Below are positions 1 through 12,676 of a DNA stretch of 64,000 bases, in pieces. The stretch is from assembly GCA_951406725.2 (NCBI GenBank), contig OX597815.1:28954001-29018000 (forward strand), in the 5' to 3' direction. Origin of the DNA: Octopus vulgaris (taxonomy: Eukaryota). A model generated the notes under the pieces. It worked only from the letters and a program-made list of their open reading frames with translations. It ran no database searches and was not told the origin of the DNA. Positions within the stretch are counted from its first letter, which is position 1. Each line of letters starts with the position of its first letter. The position numbers and the translations under genes were made by a program.

Positions 1-73
1 CTACTAAATCCACTCACAAGGGTTTGGTCGGCCCGAGGCTATAATAGAAGATACTTGCCCAAGGTGCCACGCA
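1..73 (-). mobile_element. SINE family A, partial (cut by window edge)
   Basis: Reverse complement of TGCGTGGCACCTTGGGCAAGT...GTGAGTGGATTT shared with the full copies at 3915 and 16766. Confidence 0.85.
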
Positions 74-91
74 TATGTGTGTGTATGTGTG

Positions 92-175
<84 letters not shown>

Positions 176-189
176 TGTGTGTGTAACTT

Positions 190-1345
190 AGATAACTTAA
201 ATATGTTTACATAACTTAAATATATTTCAGCCTAAAAATGGCCTAATCCATATCTAACTCAACAGCACCACCTAATAGGATCTGTTTAGTCATTTTAAAG
301 ACAAGTTTTTTGGTATCATGACCCATTGAAAGGCGGCGAGCTGGCAGAAACCTTAGCACGCCGGGCGAAATGCTTAGCGGTATTTCGTCTGCTGCTACAT
401 TCTGAGTTCACATTCCGCCGAGGTCGACTTTGCCTTTCAACCTTTCGGGGTCGATTAAATAGGTACCAGTTACGCACTGGGGTCAATATAATCGACTTAA
501 TCCGTTTGTCTGTCCTTGTTTGTCCTCTCTGTGTTTAGCCCCTTGTGGGTAGTAAAGAAATAGGTATCATGACCCATTGAAGTAGGGAGTTGTTGTTGAC
601 TGAGATGTATCCAGGTACAGGTGGCTTACCTGGTATCCCTTGAAGAAATTTGTTTAGGTTTCGCTTGAAAGTGATGGGATCATTTTCTTCTTTGGTTTGT
701 TTTGAGGTAATGTTAAAAAGAGCCGGGCAAGTTGAGGAAAAGAAATTGCGTTACTTTGAATTTATGTGTTGTATGCCTGAAATATGTACAGAACGTATGG
801 CAGCCTTGGATGAATTCTGAATCTGATGTTAAAGTCGTTTGGGCAACGCTGGTGGTATACTCTCCACATTGTGCAAATGATGTATCGCTCATATCGGCGT
901 TGGAGAGAATAAAGTTTCTAGAGAGAATAAAGTTTTAAGGCGATCCCAATAATCAAGATCTGGTATGTCTTTTATTTTAGTGATTGCTCTCTGGGATGAC
1001 TCAGTTCTCGTAATGTTTTGTTTTATGTGGGGAGACCACATGGGCAGTAGAATTCTAGGTGTTAGTACACAATAGAGGAGAATGATGACATCTTGCTCTC
1101 TGGACCGGAAAGTTCTGAGGATCCGGGAGTTCATCCTGCAAGCTTCACGTCTTTATTGTTGTCAAAAATCACTCTTAATTCCCTAACATTATTGGATACA
1201 GTGGGTAATTCCCCTGAAGCTAGAAACTAGAGTTGTTTGAGCGCATCTTTTTTTCTTCCAAAGTGCATGAGTTCAAATTGTCCTTCATTTAACCGCACGT
1301 TACTTTTGTCCGCCCATTGGCTTACGTTATGTAGATCAGACTAAT
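190..1345 (-). mobile_element. Decayed CR1/L2-like LINE, 3' part of ORF2, interrupted by a SINE
   Basis: Minus-strand peptide ILRTFRSR...LPMWSPHIKQNI...DLDYWDRLK; 3' end homologous to 46790-47170; boundaries approximate. Confidence 0.7.
331..562 (+). mobile_element. SINE family B (tRNA-like head, Deu/Nin-like central domain) with 19-bp TSD
   Basis: GGCGGCGAGCTGGCAGAA head; GTCGACTTTGCCTTTC...TTTCGGGGTCGAT core; TSD GGTATCATGACCCATTGAA at 312-330 and 563-581. Confidence 0.9.
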
Positions 1346-1448
1346 ATTCACACATACATACATACATACATACATACATACATACATACATACATACATA
1401 CATACATACATACATACATACATACATACATACATACACACATACATT

Positions 1449-2682
1449 TTAGGTCATCCCATAAATAATGTGGGTTTTTTTTATACTTCTTTTATTTTCA
1501 AAATTAAGATAACAAAGTTCTTTTTTTAATCTAAAATATACTCTCCATTTTCTGCAATATTCTTCCATCTATCTGGTAGACTTGCAATGCCCTCTTCTAA
1601 AATTCATTTGTCTGTGATGAAAAATACTCCTCTAGTACTGTTCTGACCTCGTCTGCAGAATTCATATTTTTTCCGTCCAAATGATATTGAAAACTGGAAT
1701 AAATGATAATCAGACGGGGCAATGTTCGGCGAATATGGTGGGTGGTTCATCGTTTCCCATTCAAACTACTCCAGCCTTTGGAATGTCGTCTTTGCTGTAT
1801 GTGACCGAGCATTATCCCGATGGAAGAACACCTTTCGTCTTGAAACTAAATACGGTCGTTTTTCTTTTAACTCAGACTTAAGCCGCTCAAGATTTGTTAT
1901 CGTTTGGTTTGGGTTTAAAAGTTCAAAGTGGACTAAACTTTTCATATCCCGCCAAACAAATAACAACATCTTATTTAGGTGAAGACCCTTCGCCTAGGGT
2001 GCCAGTGTTTCTCCTTTCCCTACCTACTGTCTTCGGCGCTTGACATTTTTAGAGAACTATTCGGTCCAAAAAGGTTCATTTGTGAGACGTGATAACAAAG
2101 AAGAGCACACATTCACTCTCTGCGCGCGATTAGACTCGGAAAGTTTGTGAGAAACTCATTGACCCAATTTGCCAACTTTTTCGATGACACGCAGGTATCG
2201 ATGAGTGGTTGCATGACCAAATCCAAGCTTCTCTGCTAGTTCCTCAACAGTTACGATTGGATTTTGTTCCACCAGGGTTTGCAGGCCGTCCTCGTTGAGC
2301 TCTACAGATCTTCCAGGATGAGGTTCATCTTCTAGGCTGTAGTTTCCGACTCGGAATTTCTGGAACCACCATTGACACTGGCTTACACTTATTGTCCGAT
2401 CCCAATATACTGCATTAATATTTCTCGCACTTTCTGTTGAACTGTTGCTTTTATTGAACTTATAAAGCAAAATATGCCGAATATGCTCCTTTGTCACTTC
2501 CAATATAGCTTTGAAAAAAAACCAACTGTTAAAATCGAATTGCACTCTTCAAAACTTGCACTAAGAATAAGGACAATGTAAAATTTCTACCTGGTTTTTA
2601 AAGTAAGTTTATGCAAGTGGTTTATCCTCCGACTTCTAGTTCATGCAATTGAAAAAACCGCATTATTTATGGGATGACCCAA
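1449..2682 (-). mobile_element. Tc1/mariner transposon, full length, transposase pseudogene
   Basis: TIRs TT(A/G)GGTCATCCCATAAATAATG; TA on the right flank; minus-strand HTH region, HRDNARSH and YSPNIAPSDY motifs, broken by stops and frameshifts. Confidence 0.92.
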
Positions 2683-2752
2683 TACATGCATACACACACA
2701 TAAATATATGCATACATAATACATACATATACATACATATATACACACATGC

Positions 2753-2812
<60 letters not shown>

Positions 2813-2931
2813 ACTAATATATTGATACTAATTTAATAGTACCATCAATTTAACACCAAGTGGCTTGTGCATAAAAACCTGAATACAATAAAATTTATAC
2901 GTAAATATAAGAGAGTGACCACTATATTTAC

Positions 2932-3001
<70 letters not shown>

Positions 3002-3138
3002 TAATATATGAAACAAAATTTGTGTGTGTGTTCCTTATTGATTCGAAAACTGAGTTGCCAATTTTGACGTATGAGGTATCAAAATATTCAGAAATCTTTC
3101 GGTTATCAAATAAGCATGTTTTTTGCACAACTCTTTTA

Positions 3139-3317
3139 CTAGAAAAGTAACCTCGGAAACGAGGGCAGGTCGCACAATTTTGAGGTCTTTAGCTAAAGGA
3201 GGCAACTCTATGTCTTACATAGACCATAATGTGAAAATGTTTAAAATAAATGGAGTTTTATCAGGGAATGAAACTTCGAAGATATACCGTCAACTTTATT
3301 AGTATTATTTAGTAGAT
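3139..3317 (-). mobile_element. Mini non-autonomous Helitron (~180 bp)
   Basis: Minus strand A|TCTACTAAAATAATAC...CCCTCGTTTCCGAGG hairpin...CTAG|T; no TSD. Confidence 0.65.
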
Positions 3318-3914
3318 AATCTTTTAATGTGAAGTATGTTTGTCTGTGTTTTGTTTTACCTAGAGTTGCCTCTGATGTAGCAGATCCAACGCTTCCTTCT
3401 TTTTTGTTTCTTTTTTCTCATTCATGATGAATGGGTGTGTTTAAGACAGAATTGGCTGTTATTTATAGTAGCTCAAGTTACTACAGACACACCCGTGTGT
3501 GTGTGTGGAAGGGTTGTTGTGGTGAAAAAAAAACACTTTTTCTCAAAATATTTTGCACAATAATTTTTAAAGAAATCTGGACATCTTTCTTACTACTAAC
3601 CATTCAACTTCAAATTACAATTGTTAATTGTTGGAAGTCAAGTAGACTGAGATGTACATATAGTGTTATCGTACAGAGGGGAGGTTCAATGCTAAGTTTT
3701 CAACTCATTATCTTGTGGTTAGTAAGCCATTACCTTAAATTTGTAGCCATTAAGTCTTTAAACATTATTTTACCGGGTTTAGTGATGAGGTATCACCTTC
3801 AAAAATTTAATTGATCATTCTGACATCAGTACGTATTTCAATCTGGCATTTATTTTATAAATCTTTGCTTGATGAACTACTAACATTGAAACATAGTGGG
3901 GCACAATACTCGAT

Positions 3915-4335
3915 AGGCGCAGGAGTGGCTGTGTGGTAAGTAGCTTGCTTACGAACCACATGGTTCCGGGTTCAGTCCCACTGCGTGGAACCTTGGGCAA
4001 GTGTCTTCTACTATAGCCTCGGGCCGACCAAAGCATTGTGAGTGGATTTGGTAGGCGAAACTGAAACGAAGCCTGTCGTATATATGTATATTTATGTATG
4101 TGTGTGTATGTGTCTGCGTGTGTGTGTGTGTCTTTGTGTGCCTGTGTTTGTCCCCCCAACATCGCTTGACAACCGATGCTAGTGTGTTTACGTCTCCGTA
4201 ACTTAGCGGTGCGGCAAAAGAGACCGACAAAATAAGTACTAAGCTTACAAGGAATAGGTCCAGGGGTCGATTTTCTCGACTAAAGACGGTGCCTCAGCAT
4301 GGCCACAGTCAAATGACTAAAACAAGTAAAAGAAA
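3915..4335 (+). mobile_element. SINE family A (tRNA-derived, CORE-like ACCTTGGGCAAGT, internal TA/TG microsatellite)
   Basis: A-box TGGCTGTGTGG, B-box GGTTCAGTCCC, AGTAAAAG tail; near-identical copies elsewhere in the window. Confidence 0.9.
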
Positions 4336-4360
4336 AGAAGAAAAGAAAAAACACACATGT

Positions 4361-4516
4361 TAGGTACAAGAATGACTGTATGATTGAGAAGTTTACTTCC
4401 CAACCACATGGTTCCCCGTTCAGTCCCTCTGCATGGCCCCGCGAGCAAGTGCTTTCTACTGTAGCCCTAGGCCAACCACAGACTTGTGATTGAATTTGGT
4501 AGATGGAAACGGAAGC
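4361..4516 (+). mobile_element. Diverged SINE A 5' half
   Basis: CAACCACATGGTTCCCCGTTCAGTCCC...TTTGGTAGATGGAAAC. Confidence 0.7.
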
Positions 4517-4519
4517 ATT

Positions 4520-4670
4520 GTTCATCAGAATATGACCGAAAAAATTGTTTATGAAAAAGTGTTGTTTGCTTCATACTCCTCGTGTGCCGATTCTGCCCAT
4601 AAGAAATTAACAAATTATACAATGAGGCTGTGTGTCATAATACCCGGGCAACGCCGGGGTGCATTGCTAG
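4520..4670 (+). mobile_element. Helitron 3' end
   Basis: TEKIVYEKVL resembles the RepHel helicase C-terminal T.NIVY.EVL; CCCGGGCAACGCCGGGG hairpin followed by CTAG|T. Confidence 0.7.
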
Positions 4671-5326
4671 TGTGTGCGTGTGTGTGTGTGTGAGTGTGTG
4701 TATCACCCGTCCAAGTCGAATGAATTGCCCTACTAATGTGACTCTTCCCCCGCTAGACGTCTCGATCGAGTGATGAGGCATGAAAGTCTGGCATGGGTTT
4801 TGGCCATACTGGTCTTTCGCTCGCTGAAATATCTCATCTGCGCACGCCTCAGCTGCGCGCTCTCATCTGCGCACGCCTCAACTGCTAACTGGTTGATTCT
4901 GGCTGTTAACAGGACGTTGTCTGTTTATAACCTCAACATCTAGTGACTTACGTCATTGACTCAAAAATTCATTTGCTGAAAATAATTCACATCTACCATG
5001 CTGCATCGCACGATTTCGTCGTACCCTTACTCGGGTGGTTACATGCCACTTAACCCTTAGCAGGAGCCCTGGCAGGTGCTTCTGCTCCGAGTCAGATTAC
5101 AATTCGGAATTACAATGAGCTATGAAGTCGTTCCACACTCCTCAAAACTCCGGAATTCCCGAATCATGGTTTCACTACTCAGGACGGACAGACGGACGAA
5201 CACGCACACAGAACGTATCTTATATGCATACTCTTCTATGATTTATAGACATATAAATACATACGCATATTGTTATACTTAATACATAGGTATGTATGTA
5301 TGTATGTATGTATGTATGTATGTATG

Positions 5327-5382
<56 letters not shown>

Positions 5383-5450
5383 TATACACACACACATACA
5401 TACATAGAAATATATAGATAGATAGATAAATAGATAGATAGATAAAGAAA

Positions 5451-5705
5451 ATGGTAAAATAATTTATCATAAAGAACATTTTAGTACCGGTTTCAGCCTT
5501 TGCGACTTTTTCAACTTAGAGTAAAGCATGAAAAATAATTAAATTGTGGAAAAACTAAATGAAATGTTTTTTTTTAATATTTTTAAAAACATTTCATTTA
5601 ATTTTTCCACTATTTAATTGTTTTTATGCTTTACTCTAAGTTGAAAAAGTCGCAAAAACTGAAACCGGTACTAAAATGTTCTTCGTGATAAAATTATTTT
5701 AGCAT
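5451..5705. repeat. Fold-back inverted repeat (Penelope pLTR-like) carrying two inverted HHR-like motifs
   Basis: Arms of ~120 bp are reverse-complementary around ~5578. Confidence 0.8.
5481..5520 (-). ncRNA. Hammerhead-like motif, U3-A8 core variant (mirror copy on + at 5641-5670)
   Basis: TTGAAAA-AGTC gcaaa GGCT-GAAA-CCGG-TA; stem I weak (2-3 bp). Confidence 0.55.
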
Positions 5706-5779
5706 ATTCTACCTTGTCTTATTTTCCTTATACATATCAACTCGTGTGTTTCCTTTTCAACTTTCTACATACACACACA

Positions 5780-5815
<36 letters not shown>

Positions 5816-6379
5816 CACACACACACATGCATTAGTATAATTATGGTAGACTGTTAAATATATGTACCTTAGCTAAAGTAAATGTGTTACTTAGCTGTAA
5901 AACTATGTGTATCTTTACTAAAGTAATACATCTCTACAGATAAGAAGTCTAGAATATTACCCTGTTTGTCACGATATGTGTTCGAGGGTTACGAATTTAA
6001 CGTATGTGAACTTTTTCATATAATAAAGCAATCTTACGAAGCTCTATAAATTATTGCATTAAAATAGAAATAAGAACAGTTTTAATTATTATAGATGTGT
6101 GCTTATAGCAACACCAATTACATCATCTTCGTACGCGAGGTCCTAGTTTGAATTACCAAAAATTAACTGGACCAGTCGCAGAGGACATCCTGCCTGTAGT
6201 TGTATACTGGGATTACGACCAATGTCATTGGACGACTATGATCTTTTGGGTCATCACCGGCAAGTGAAACTATCAGGAGCAACATCAGCCGCTGTATATA
6301 GCCTTCATAGAAAAAAAGCATTCAAGAGTCTATCATGATATTTAGAGCATTCTTTGATCGGTTGGTTGACCAGAGAAAT

Positions 6380-6994
6380 TTATCAAAATCTTGTAACTTC
6401 ATAATCGCCTGCCTGCAAAGATGCTTGTCACTAGTAAACCATCCGAGCCTTTCGAAATTAACTCGAGCATAAAGCAATGGCATATTATTGCCCTACTCTG
6501 TCCGATGTATTTATCGCCTTGGTGACGCATCTCACAAGGGACAAGTTTCCATCAAGCACTTAAATTACTTGTAGAGCAGACAGAAAGTTCTTCAAAGTTA
6601 GTAGACCAAAATCCAAGAATAAGAAAACAACTTTGCTATTAGAGTTTCAATATGCAAGCAACTGCAGTTAGAAAACTCCCAAACCAATCCCCAAAGGGAT
6701 TGGTTTGGAGGTTTACGTCTGCACGACTTCGACTAAATATGTCAACCTGAAGATAGATTTTCTATCAAAAGGGAAAAGCTGTCAAAAGTGTCGAACATTT
6801 TATAAATTGCCTTCTAACATTGATATTGATGACGAGATCCAGTTCAGATCTGATGTGCCAGATAAACTTTGGTCGCTTACGGACAAGAGTAATAAAGAAC
6901 CGAGATCTCAGAAACGACATAAAAATTATTCATTTCATGCCCCTTAGTTGCTCAAATTCTTTCTTTCTCTTTCTCTCTCTCTCTCTCTCTCTCA

Positions 6995-7046
<52 letters not shown>

Positions 7047-7051
7047 AAATG

Positions 7052-7144
<93 letters not shown>

Positions 7145-7411
7145 TGATGTAAAAGATGGACAAACTATCACCTTCTGCCTTCTGAAACGCTTGAAAAGTT
7201 TTCATTAAGACTACCATCGAAACATTCTTGCAAACTGCTGGTGTGGGACTATCAGACAAACATCAGTGTCCTTAGTAGAATCAACCAGCGCTGATGATGC
7301 CATCAAAGAAATCAGTTCACATGGGTAGGTCACTTCGTCCAAAAGACTTCTAACCAGCTTCAAAGAACAAATTTTCTCTCCTCCTCCTCTTCCTCTTCCT
7401 TTTCCTCCTCC

Positions 7412-7442
<31 letters not shown>

Positions 7443-7690
7443 AAGAAGAAGAAGAAGAAGAAAGTAAGCGATCAAAAGAAGAACTGAAGAATACTTCAAA
7501 GACTTGTTGAGTCGTCGATCAGAGAAAAATAACAAGATAACATAGAGCGTCTTGTAGGAAAAAAAGACGGCAAAGGAAAAATGTGCCGCTGATCCGTATC
7601 GCCCAAAACTCCCAAAGACAACAACGCATTCAGTGTGGAAAGTTCTTTGTCTCAGAACTTGCGCTCTTCAGTCAATAACAAATCTACAAG
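6380..7690 (+). mobile_element. Highly decayed RTE-clade LINE (RT region and C-terminus) with microsatellite insertions
   Basis: Fragments SEPFEINSSIKQ, DRKFFKVSRPKSK, EFQYASNC (YADD remnant), SNIDIDDEIQFR; boundaries approximate. Confidence 0.6.
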
Positions 7691-7762
7691 GGGGAAACGG
7701 ATAGCCACCGTGACGGTATACATGTATGTGTGTGAATATGTCTCCCTCTATAAATGTCTCAG

Positions 7763-7814
<52 letters not shown>

Positions 7815-8493
7815 GCATACGGTTATATTAGATGCACCCCAATTTCAACAATTTATTTTGAGGAACAAAGAAAAAATGTTTTAGTGCATTAAAGCATGTA
7901 ACAATATTTAAAGCAATCTAGTGGTACATGATAATAATGTGTAAGTAAAAATATTATCATGGGGTCAGGCTAGATTGAAGAGATCGTGGATCAAAAATTA
8001 GTTTATAGTAGTGAGCGTTAGGGACAAAATCAGTCCAACTTTGTAAGTAGAACCAGGGGTAAATTTTTTGAACTTTTATTTTGTAACAAAATGTGTGTTA
8101 TATATCATATAAAACGATAAATGTAATGCTAAGGTTCGTTATCAAAAGCGACGCAAAAAGAACAAGCAAAACCATAACAAAGGTACACAGTATATGCACA
8201 ATTTTTAGTGTTCTACTGTAAAGAAATAGAGAGTAACGTTCAGTCATCCGAACAGTTAACCTTCGATACGAAAGACGACAAAGAAGGAATGAAAGAAAGA
8301 AATTTTTTTCTCGGGAGAGAGAGATTGGGACTTGTTGATAGTTCACGTATCATGGAACGAATATGGATACACACGTGCGCGTGAGAGAATGTTATACATG
8401 GAGACAGAGATCATGTGGAGAGGAAAATTTATAATTGTATAAAGTGAAGATTGATAGACAATTGGACAATGTAGATGATTTGACAGCTGCCAA

Positions 8494-8528
<35 letters not shown>

Positions 8529-8561
8529 TATGTGTGTGTGTGTATGTTACCTGTGTTTATC

Positions 8562-8615
<54 letters not shown>

Positions 8616-8744
8616 GTGTGTGTGTGTGTGTATTATATATATATGTATATATATGTATTATATACATATATGTATTATATATGTATCATATATATAAATG
8701 TATTATATATGTGTATTATATATATATGTATTATATACATACAT

Positions 8745-8805
<61 letters not shown>

Positions 8806-9036
8806 CAAAACATATGCATATATACATACATATATGTACGTACCTACCTCTACATGTATATATACATGCATATATGGGTACAGGACATTAAAAAAAAACG
8901 TCGAACACAATGAGAAACCAAAACAAACACAAAACCGAGGAAATGGACATTTTTTTAAACAACGAAAAAATAGAGTACAGGACATACAAAACAAGGAAAA
9001 TTCCCCTTCTTCAGTCACCTTAATTTCATCTAGTCC
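8806..9036 (-). repeat. Interspersed repeat, possibly Penelope pLTR-derived; second copy on + at ~16400-16715
   Basis: Both copies share TAGATGAAA...CTGAAGAAGGGGAA...TTCTCATTGTGTTC.ACG...ATGTCCTGTA.CCAT. Confidence 0.65.
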
Positions 9037-9044
9037 ACATATAT

Positions 9045-9206
9045 ATATATATGAATTTTTTGCGTAATAAGATAATAAACCAAGGCTGTGTAGATATTAG
9101 AGCATTTATAGATAGAAGGTCTTACAGCTGTTTCTAATATATATAAATGCTCTAATATCTACACACCCTTGGTTTTTTTATCTTATTACGCAAAAATGCT
9201 TATATA
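9045..9206. repeat. Fold-back repeat with an HHR 3' half (GAAACAGCTGTA on minus, 9123-9134)
   Basis: TTTTTGCGTAATAAGATAA...TAGAGCATTTATA is mirrored by TATAAATGCTCTA...TTATCTTATTACGCAAAAA. Confidence 0.75.
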
Positions 9207-9365
9207 CAAACGCTGACATAGAACCAACGTTGAATCCGTTATTCGCAATATTACCGAATCTAAAACTTAACTATGATCTGTCTGTAGCACTTATTCAGCA
9301 TTACCTGGCGCCTTTGGGTCTCAATGATACCATTTTCTCTTATATATATATATATATATATATAT

Positions 9366-9508
9366 AAGTTATGAGTTCAAATTCCGCCGTGGTCGACTTT
9401 GCCTTTTATCCTTTCGGGGTCGATAAATTAAGTACCAGTTACGCACGGGGGTCGATGTAATCGACTTAATCCGTTTGTCTGTCCTTGTTTGTCCCCTCTA
9501 TGTTTAAA

Positions 9509-9510
<2 letters not shown>
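9366..9510 (+). mobile_element. SINE B, 5'-truncated
   Basis: GAGTTCAAATTCCGCC...GTCGACTTTGCC...TTGTCCCCTCTATGTTTA. Confidence 0.8.
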
Positions 9511-9560
<50 letters not shown>

Positions 9561-9594
9561 GGAGTTAAAAGCTAGTGTTATTCAAATTTTTTTA

Positions 9595-9681
9595 CTTCCG
9601 ACATATGTTTCGAAAAAACATTGGTATTATTCCAGAAGGAATAAAATGGTGTAAAACAATGCCATCTTTTCATCAGGAAAA
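9595..9681 (-). ncRNA. Type I hammerhead ribozyme, canonical core, in the Penelope 3' terminus
   Basis: ttttc-CTGATGA-long stem II (CATTG/CAATG)-GAAA-CATATG-TC-ggaag; GUC cleavage triplet. Confidence 0.75.
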
Positions 9682-10463
9682 GAAAGAAACCAAACACAAC
9701 AATAAGACATTTTAACATTGTGTGATGTCTATGTATATGACGAAGGGAACGCTATCAAGTTGTTGTTTTTTTTAACCGTTAGTAGATACAACGTCAAGGT
9801 AGTTTATAGAAAGAGGAGGAGAAAGAAAGAAATTAACAGAAAACTAATAGTGGAAAGATATAAAGCGATAGGTGAATTAGAATAAAGCTTAAAGGCATGG
9901 AAGTAGATATATTTATTGGAAGTGAAATGTAAGAAGACAGTCAAAGGTCGAATTTTATGAATGGTAGAAATCACTTATAGGAACTAAAGGTATATTTCTG
10001 CCAATGTTTGCAACGATAAATGCGTTCTATAAACGTGTTTACAAGGGGACTCTCGGAGAACAGGATAAAGTACATTTCACTGTTACAAAACAGACAAAGA
10101 GATTTACCTTTATCATATAGAGAGAGAATATTCCATTCCAAATCAAATTGTTTATTATAATCCTTTAGATCCCAGGTTAATTTACTAAGCCCTGTATTGT
10201 TACGTTTATTGATACGTCTAAATGTAGAGTAATGATTAAATATTCTTTTGGACAACTGAGATGAAGAACTACCTATATAAAAAAAGACGTCAGAATCGAA
10301 AGTAATTTTATATTGATAAATAGAGTTTCTAGTCTTAGAATTACTGCTAAGAAAACGAGTGCGATTGGAGTCAACTTCAGAAACAATAACCTTGCTGTTA
10401 TTATTATTTAAAGAATGGTTAATGTTAACAAAATTAATGTTAGTATTTTCATTAAGTGGATTG

Positions 10464-10650
10464 AGTTAGTTAGTTAGTTAGTTAGTTAATTTGGCTCAAA
10501 AGCAAATAGCAAGGCCATGTAGGGGGACATGGAGTTAAGTACAGGGTGGTGTTCATGTAAAGAGTTCAGGCCACTTGAGGTCAAGGGAGGCTTTGAACAA
10601 AGCGGTCGTCGGCATCTTCACCATCTCGTCTGGCAGCTTGTTCCACGGAT
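10464..10650 (-). mobile_element. 5'-truncated CR1-like LINE 3' end inserted in the Penelope element
   Basis: Minus-strand PWNKLPDEMVKMPTTALFKASLD followed by a (TAAC)n tail; GC-richer than its flanks. Confidence 0.75.
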
Positions 10651-11868
10651 TTGTATTTAACAACTTATTATTATGCGAAGAGGTGATTTGTGAAAGATTT
10701 TTTTGGGCTAGAAAAACCTATTCTGATTCGGTGTGAATTAATAATCGAATAGTATCTTGAATTTCTTGGGAAATTCTTTTCTATAGTTTCACGAAACCGG
10801 AAAGGGAGGTTGGATTTGATCTGCTTACCATATGGAATTATTAACCAAACAGTTTTGCTGGGACATACCTTGTTATTAGGGTAATTGTCTTTAAAAGTCC
10901 ACGATGTACCTTTATAATGAAAAAAGGGGGTCTTAAATAACGGTTACGCTGCAGAATTACATTACTCGATTTGATGGTGTTATTTAGAAATAAAATTAAT
11001 ATTGTTAATATCGTTATGACTTGATTTCATGTCCTAATTAATAGAGGTAGAATTAATGTCAATAGGGTTAATATAGGTATTTTTTTTCTTTATAGTATGT
11101 CTTAAGTAAGACAGAGTTATAAAATTCAGCATTATCGTTGAAGATATCAACATTAGCAGATAATCTAGAAAGTCCTAACTAAATTCTTTGTAATAGCCTT
11201 TGTGATTACTGAAAGAGCTAATATATTTTTAATTAGTTAAGGGTTTATGGTATGGGAAATATGAACCATTATATAAGTTAAGGGTAATATCCAAAAAGTT
11301 GGCTTTAGTTATATCATCGTCAAAAACAATGCTTAAGCCTATGTTTCGGAAAAATTTAACTAAGCTTTTCTTAACCCTTTGTAATTTTTGGTTAGAAGCA
11401 TTTTGAAGGTAGCGTAGACAATCATCACAATATAGACCTTCATTGACGTTTGGGAATTGGTCATCCATCTCATGAAGGATATATATACCGACTAAATCAG
11501 CTATTTGTGCTGAATCAGAACTTCCCATCGTGACACCAAAACTATCAGGTGTATCTTTCCGAACCCATGGCTTGTTATCGAATTTAATAACTCATACAAA
11601 CCCACACATATATACATATACATTTGGCGAAAGATGCGAGGGAAGATGTGTATATTTTTCTAGTGAGGGTAGATAATGTATGCGTACGCACGTGGGTGTG
11701 CGGGCACACATGTGTACGTATGAACAGGCGCGCTTACGCGTATACTATGACGTTTTTACCTCCTTACCTTAATTAGCGGTCATTCGAATAGCGCTTTTGT
11801 CTAAATAGCGGTCAATAACACAGTGATTTCCCTTTGTATAACGGTCATTTTTATAGCGTTTTTCCGAT

Positions 11869-11940
11869 GGCCGGATAATTGAAGAGATGGTGGTGTGGAT
11901 TTCCACCTCGGCATCCGAAACTCAGAGTGTTATCTTGGCT
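11869..11940 (+). ncRNA. Hammerhead-like motif, U3.G8 core, non-canonical G at position 17
   Basis: ggccggataa-TTGAAGA-GATG...CATC-c-GAAA-CTCAGAG-TG-ttatcttggct; ~10-bp stem I. Confidence 0.65.
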
Positions 11941-12433
11941 ACCGAATAATTATCACATATTACATTTACAGATATATATACATATATATATATATATGTA
12001 TGTATGTATGTACGTATGTATATTCATATATATATATTTAAAAGATATATTAAATATTATGTATATTATGTATATATATATATATATATAATATACAATA
12101 TATTTCATGTATATATAATATATATACTATATATTTTATGTGTATATAATGATATATATATTGTATATTTCATGTGTGTATATATACACACACACACACA
12201 TGAATGCATTTATGTATATATGTATGTATGTACGCATGTATGCATGTGTGAATGTATATATGTGTTAGTCGAATAAGCTGTTACGGGTGAATTCTAACGT
12301 CCCATTCAAATTGATATGATCACTAACTTCCACTGTGTGGAGAGTCTCATCATACATAAATGTTCTTGCATTTCAACAAGTTTTACCAACAATACCAAAA
12401 CACACACACACGTACAAAATACTTATATGTGTC

Positions 12434-12479
<46 letters not shown>

Positions 12480-12481
12480 CC

Positions 12482-12514
<33 letters not shown>

Positions 12515-12582
12515 AATATTTATGTATTTATATATATATAAATATATAAATAAATAAATGTATAAATAAATAAACATATAAA

Positions 12583-12676
<94 letters not shown>

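Larger units (their letters stand above)
9560..11590 (-). mobile_element. Penelope-like retroelement (RT + GIY-YIG endonuclease), decayed and 5'-truncated
   Basis: RT MGSSDSAQIADLVG...GLYCDDCL...FLDITLNL...YHKP (11229-11528); endonuclease SIYQY...YIGS...KRIFNHYSTF...LSKLTWDLK...CLFCNSE (9971-10330); HHR in the 3' terminal region. Confidence 0.88.
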
